NCBI GenBank assembly: GCA_963422365.1
Contig: OY729426.1
Coordinates: 1,184,001-1,248,000, forward strand
Direction of reading: 5' to 3'
DNA length: 64,000 nucleotides
Source of the DNA: Nitrospirales bacterium
GTDB taxonomy: Bacteria; Nitrospirota; Nitrospiria; Nitrospirales; UBA8639
Each line of letters begins with the position of its first letter. Positions within the stretch are counted from its first letter, which is position 1. The notes under the pieces are model-generated. The model did no database searches. It was not told where the DNA came from and worked only from the letters and a program-made list of their open reading frames with translations. This document shows, piece by piece, positions 59,893-64,000 of the stretch. The translations under genes were made by a program, and so were the position numbers.

Positions 59893-60971
59893 TGCTTCGC
59901 ATCTTCTTCCAACCGGCCGAAACCATAATCTGAAAGCGTCCGCTTGGGCTTTTGTTGATTTCCGGTATTGGTCGGACGTTCTAATCCATTCATCTCAGCC
60001 CCATTGGCGTACAAATAGGGAACCAGAATCATATGGTTTCGACGGTCGATTTTGACGCTAGAAGGCGAGATCAGGAACTCAGCAATGACCTGCATAGAAT
60101 GGTTCTGGTGGACCCGCCAGATTTTTCCTGCCGTCAGGTCGGAAAGGTACATGCTGCCAAATTGATCAAAGTCGATCCCGCTTAAATTCCGAAACTTGCC
60201 GAAAAAAAACGAATTGGAAATCACCTCGATAATGGTGCGATCTTCCGCGATTTCCATCACGTTCCCGTTATCGAAGCTGGTGATCCAGAGCCGGCCTGAC
60301 CGTGGGTGAACGACCAGCCCTCGCGGTGACGCCAAGTCCTCGTGTTGGAGATAGAGGGACACCGCATGATCGTGCTGAGGGTCAATCTGGTAAATCGCGT
60401 TACCGTCCGTGTCCAGGACAAAGAGTTGCCCGATGCCGTCGGCAATCAGATCCGTTAACTGTTCGACGTGAAACCGATGCAAGGGAAGGGTGATCGTGGG
60501 TTGCCCTGATTGGGCATGAAATCCTCGGATGATATTGATATCGGCAACATAGAGGGTTTCGCCGGCGACGGCCATGCCATGAGGCGAATGCAAGATCGTG
60601 TCACCTTGCCCACCTTGAATAAAGTGTAAATCCAGCAGGTTGCCATTTTGATCGAGTTTCGAGATGAACCCGTTATTATCGGATATTCCGGGTTCTCCAT
60701 TGGCATTGGCGATGAAATAGCCTTCGCCTGAAGGATGGGCGATAAAGGATTGTGGCATTTCGAGATTGGTAATGGGATGCGTCAACCCCGAATGGGGAGA
60801 CAACCCCAGCAGCAGTATCAACGTCACGGAAACCACGGGTGCAGAGAACAAGCAAGACGGGCGCTGATGAACAAAAGAGGCGGAAGCGATTGTCGAACGA
60901 AAGGATTGGGGCTGAACGTCGGAAAGCCACTTCACGCACGCATGGTACGGAACCCTGTTTGAGGGTGTCAA
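59889..60971 (-). CDS. Exported beta-propeller protein, SMP-30/gluconolactonase-like
   Basis: NNGFISKLD, SPHGMAV..LYVADI, SPRGL, GIDFD..MYLSD blade motifs; start uncertain. Confidence 0.75.
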   Translation of the reverse strand: MTPSNRVPYHACVKWLSDVQPQSFRSTIASASFVHQRPSCLFSAPVVSVTLILLLGLSPHSGLTHPITNLEMPQSFIAHPSGEGYFIANANGEPGISDNNGFISKLDQNGNLLDLHFIQGGQGDTILHSPHGMAVAGETLYVADINIIRGFHAQSGQPTITLPLHRFHVEQLTDLIADGIGQLFVLDTDGNAIYQIDPQHDHAVSLYLQHEDLASPRGLVVHPRSGRLWITSFDNGNVMEIAEDRTIIEVISNSFFFGKFRNLSGIDFDQFGSMYLSDLTAGKIWRVHQNHSMQVIAEFLISPSSVKIDRRNHMILVPYLYANGAEMNGLERPTNTGNQQKPKRTLSDYGFGRLEEDAKQ

Positions 60972-61177
60972 GGTCTATGGGCTGAACCACTACCTCTGTA
61001 AAACACAGGGTTCAGGCGACTTGCCGCATTTGAGTCTCTTCTCTTGGCATTTTGTCCTCCGGTGCCTAGATTTTCTTTTTACTTCGTCAAAACCAGTTTT
61101 CTCCTGGTCATCAAACATATTTTTCCGGTGAATGAGCTTGCAACAAGGAAACAGTTGGGCATGATATCTCCAACATT

Positions 61178-61202
61178 GATTATGAAAACCAAAACCATTT
61201 TC
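61178..61202 (+). promoter_or_regulatory. Candidate Fur box
   Basis: Two overlapping 19-mers (61178-61196 and 61184-61202), each 13/19 to GATAATGATAATCATTATC, upstream of the TonB receptor. Confidence 0.45.
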
Positions 61203-61252
61203 TATAACAAAGAAGTATCCTCTAAGAAATATTAGGACATGGAGGAGGATGT

Positions 61253-63492
61253 ATGAGCATAAACACCAAATGGGTTGTTCCTTTTGTATCGCTCTGGCTG
61301 GTCTTGGGAAACTTGGTACTCCCGGTGATGGCAGAAACGCGGACAAAGGAAGAACAAGCCCAGAACCAAAACACGAAATCGGATGGACAACCACGGGTTG
61401 TCAATACCCTTCCCCCACAAATTTCCCAAGCCCCACCTTTGGGCCCAAAGGTGGGGCTCAAACTGAAGCCTGTGACCGTCACGGCGACCCGAATCGAAAA
61501 ACCCATCATCGCTATTCCCAATACCATTACGCTCGTTGAGGGGGAGGCTATTACTCAACAGACCACGATTCGAGATGACGTCCAAAGTATTCTGGAAAAT
61601 ACGGTGCCAGGATTCGGTCCCAGCTTGAGAAGACTGACAGGGCGCGCAGAGAGTCTTCGTGGACGGAATCCGCTGTATTTGATTGATGGGGTGCCCCAGT
61701 TCAATGCATTACGGGACGGCAAAACGATTGATCCTTTTTTCCTCGAGCGGATCGAGTTGATTCATGGCGCCAACGCGACTCAGGGGTTTGGTGCAACTGG
61801 CGGCGTGGTGAGTATGGTGACCAGGGCGCCTCGGCCGGCCGGCACATGGACGAATCTTGTACGAGCGGGCGTCACTACCCACGACAGTTTCAACGACGAC
61901 GCGTTCAGATACAAACTCGCCGGCCTGAGCGGCAAGAAATTCGAACGTGTTGACGTGATGGGCGGGGCAACGTTTTACCACAGAGGCCTGTTCTTCGATG
62001 CGAGCAGTGATCCCGTGGGGCTCTATCGGACACAAGGCGACATCATGGATTCGAAATCCTGGGATGTGTTTTTCAAGGCGGGGTTTGAACCGGATTCCCA
62101 CCAACGCCTACAGGTGATGGTCAATCATTTCAACCTCAAACGGGATGGGGATTTTAAGCCTGTCCGTGGCGATCGGGCAGCGGGACGGCTCACCACAACG
62201 GAAGCAGGTGACCCGAGTGCGGACGTGGGAGATCCAGCCCAAAACACCGTGACCACGCTCTCGCTGGATTACCGGAACAAAGCCATCTTCAAGGGAGAAC
62301 TGGTTTCCCAGTTCTCCCATTAGGATTTTTCGGCCCTCTACGAGGGTGGATTTGGAAGATATTTCCGTCTGACTCCGAAGGGTCCCGATTTCATTGATCA
62401 GTCGGAAATTCAATCGACAAAGTTGGGCGCCAAGTTTATCTACGCGTGGCACGGCTTCGACCGCTACAATCTCACCCCGAGTATCGGATTTGATTTTCTC
62501 CGGGATCAGTCGGCTCAGGTCCTCGCCAAAAGTGGCAGGGAGTGGGTGCCGGAAACCACGTTCAACAGTTACGCCCCGTTCACACAATTCGACTATACGG
62601 TATTCGACCGGGTGCACCTCACGGCCGGCGTTCGATACGTCACGGCTGACCTAGGAGTGGATGATTACACCACGATCGCCGGCGAAGGCAGCAACTTTGT
62701 GTCCGGAGGCAACCCGAATTTTCAGGAAGCCTTGCCGAACGGCGGGATGACGGTCGAGCTATGGCCCCATGGTTGTCGATCTATGGATCGTATGCAGAGG
62801 GGTTGACCATGCCGGATGTGGGTCGGATATTGAGGGCCGTGTCCACTCTAGGGAAAGACGTGGATACGTTCTTGAATCTGGAGCCGGTGGTGACGCGAAA
62901 CCTCGAGTTTGGGTTGAATTTCGATTGGAGCCGCGCCAGGTTCCACGTCGCCTATTACCGGTCTGATGCGGATCTTGGAGCCAATCTGGAACTCGTTAAT
63001 AACATCTACAACGTGAGACGAGAAAAGACCCAGATTCAGGGTGTAGATCTCACCGGCTCTTTTGACGTGACCGAGGATGTGACGGCCGGGTTCACGTATG
63101 CGTGGATCAAAGGGCAGCGTGACTCGACGAAGGATGGCAATGTTGATACGGATCTCGGTGGAGTGAACATCGCTCCCAACCGCCTCAACCTGTTTACGGA
63201 GGTCGATGTGGGCAGGGGATGGAGTGGCCGCGTGCAAGTTTCTCATTTCTTCGATCGTGACTTCGAAGGGCAGGGAATCACCTGTAAGAACGGTGACAAC
63301 GACTTCAGCGGCTATACTCTTGTCGACCTTTTTATCGGCAAAGACATCGGCTACGGACAGATCAGCCGGGGAATCGAAAACCTTCTGGACAAGCAGTATA
63401 TCCCTTACTTTTCACAAACCGATCACAGGCCTGATACGTTCTTCGCAGGGGCAGGGCGCATGATGACGGTGTTCTATCAGCATGAATTCTAA
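61253..63492 (+). pseudogene. TonB-dependent siderophore receptor pseudogene, IutA-like
   Basis: Signal peptide, VTVTATR, LRGRNPLYLIDGVPQ, ERIELIHGA, GIENLLDKQY, terminal Phe; in-frame TAG at 62321-62323 and a frameshift near 62760. Confidence 0.88.
61429..61458. repeat. Perfect 30-bp palindrome with no spacer
   Basis: AGCCCCACCTTTGGG|CCCAAAGGTGGGGCT equals its own reverse complement. Confidence 0.95.
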
Positions 63493-63617
63493 GGCACCGA
63501 AGGACACAGGTCGGACCAATCAGACCGAGCGCGTTTGCTGAAGACGCCCACAAACCGCATGCCCCGTCTTTGCCGCGCCTACTTTTCATGCCCGTGTGGG
63601 CTTTCGGGGACACGACA

Positions 63618-64000
63618 ATGTTCGCACGAAGATCCTGCGGCTGCTGCATCGTTGGCTGGGGTTACTCGTCGGTCTTGTCGTGATCGCCGTGGCCCTGTCC
63701 GGCGGAATTCTCATTTTTCACGACTCGATCCTGCGGACGACGTGGCCGGTCCTGGCCCATCCGCTCCAGCCTGGGCAGGAACGCGTATCCGACCATTCTT
63801 TCCGATATCGAACAGCGCTTCCGTGATCCCGACATGCAATTGATCAAATTTCCCGACCAGGAAATGAACGCATTTCACCTTTGGTTGCACGATGGGTCCG
63901 AAGCCTTGGTGCATCCCGTCTCTGGCCGTCTGATTTCCCGATGGACCTGGGATGAGACGTTGACGGGCATGCTCTTTGAATTACATGCGAATTTGCTGGC
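63618..64000 (+). pseudogene. PepSY-associated TM helix domain protein, frameshifted, runs off the window
   Basis: LHRWLGLLVG..VALSGGILIF in one frame, then ...LVHPVSGR...LFELHANLL in another frame (shift near 63783). Confidence 0.8.

Noticed and set aside
62755..62770. Programmed frameshift in the TonB receptor
   Set aside because: No slippery sequence, and an independent upstream nonsense codon indicates pseudogenisation
1..64000. CRISPR array, rRNA, prophage or intact transposase
   Set aside because: No regularly spaced repeats, rRNA-like tracts, phage genes or transposase/integrase motifs seen

Overview
Mostly core chromosome of a Gram-negative bacterium; gene order and protein features suggest Nitrospirota/Nitrospirales (inference, not verified). 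Intact housekeeping blocks: leuS-lptE-holA/rpsT; tRNA-His; slt-zapB-zapA-(ncRNA)-rny-ymdB-xseAB-tlyA; asnS; a dcw cluster from rsmH to ftsZ-pgeF-yggS-yggT with no mraZ; pgsA-like-pilB-pilC-ispE-prs-rplY-pth; rpsF-ssb-rpsR-yceD-rpmF-plsX-fab genes-rnc-cyclophilin. Accessory or decaying DNA: the 5' end of a PLD-nuclease/helicase-type defence gene at the left edge, a multiply frameshifted pyrF, an AT-rich islet at ~39.6-41.4 kb with an attC-like hairpin, and a disrupted TonB receptor plus PepSY-TM iron-uptake locus at the right edge. The most notable signals are non-coding: a ~300-nt rod-like RNA with an extra arm in the 6S RNA slot (zapA-rny), MraZ boxes without mraZ, an exact 33-nt duplication of the ftsZ start, a 137-bp IS5-type MITE, a family of GTAG-headed REP-like palindromes, a long hairpin before rnc, and a perfect 30-bp palindrome in the TonB pseudogene. 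No complete novel multi-gene system can be proven from this window alone.
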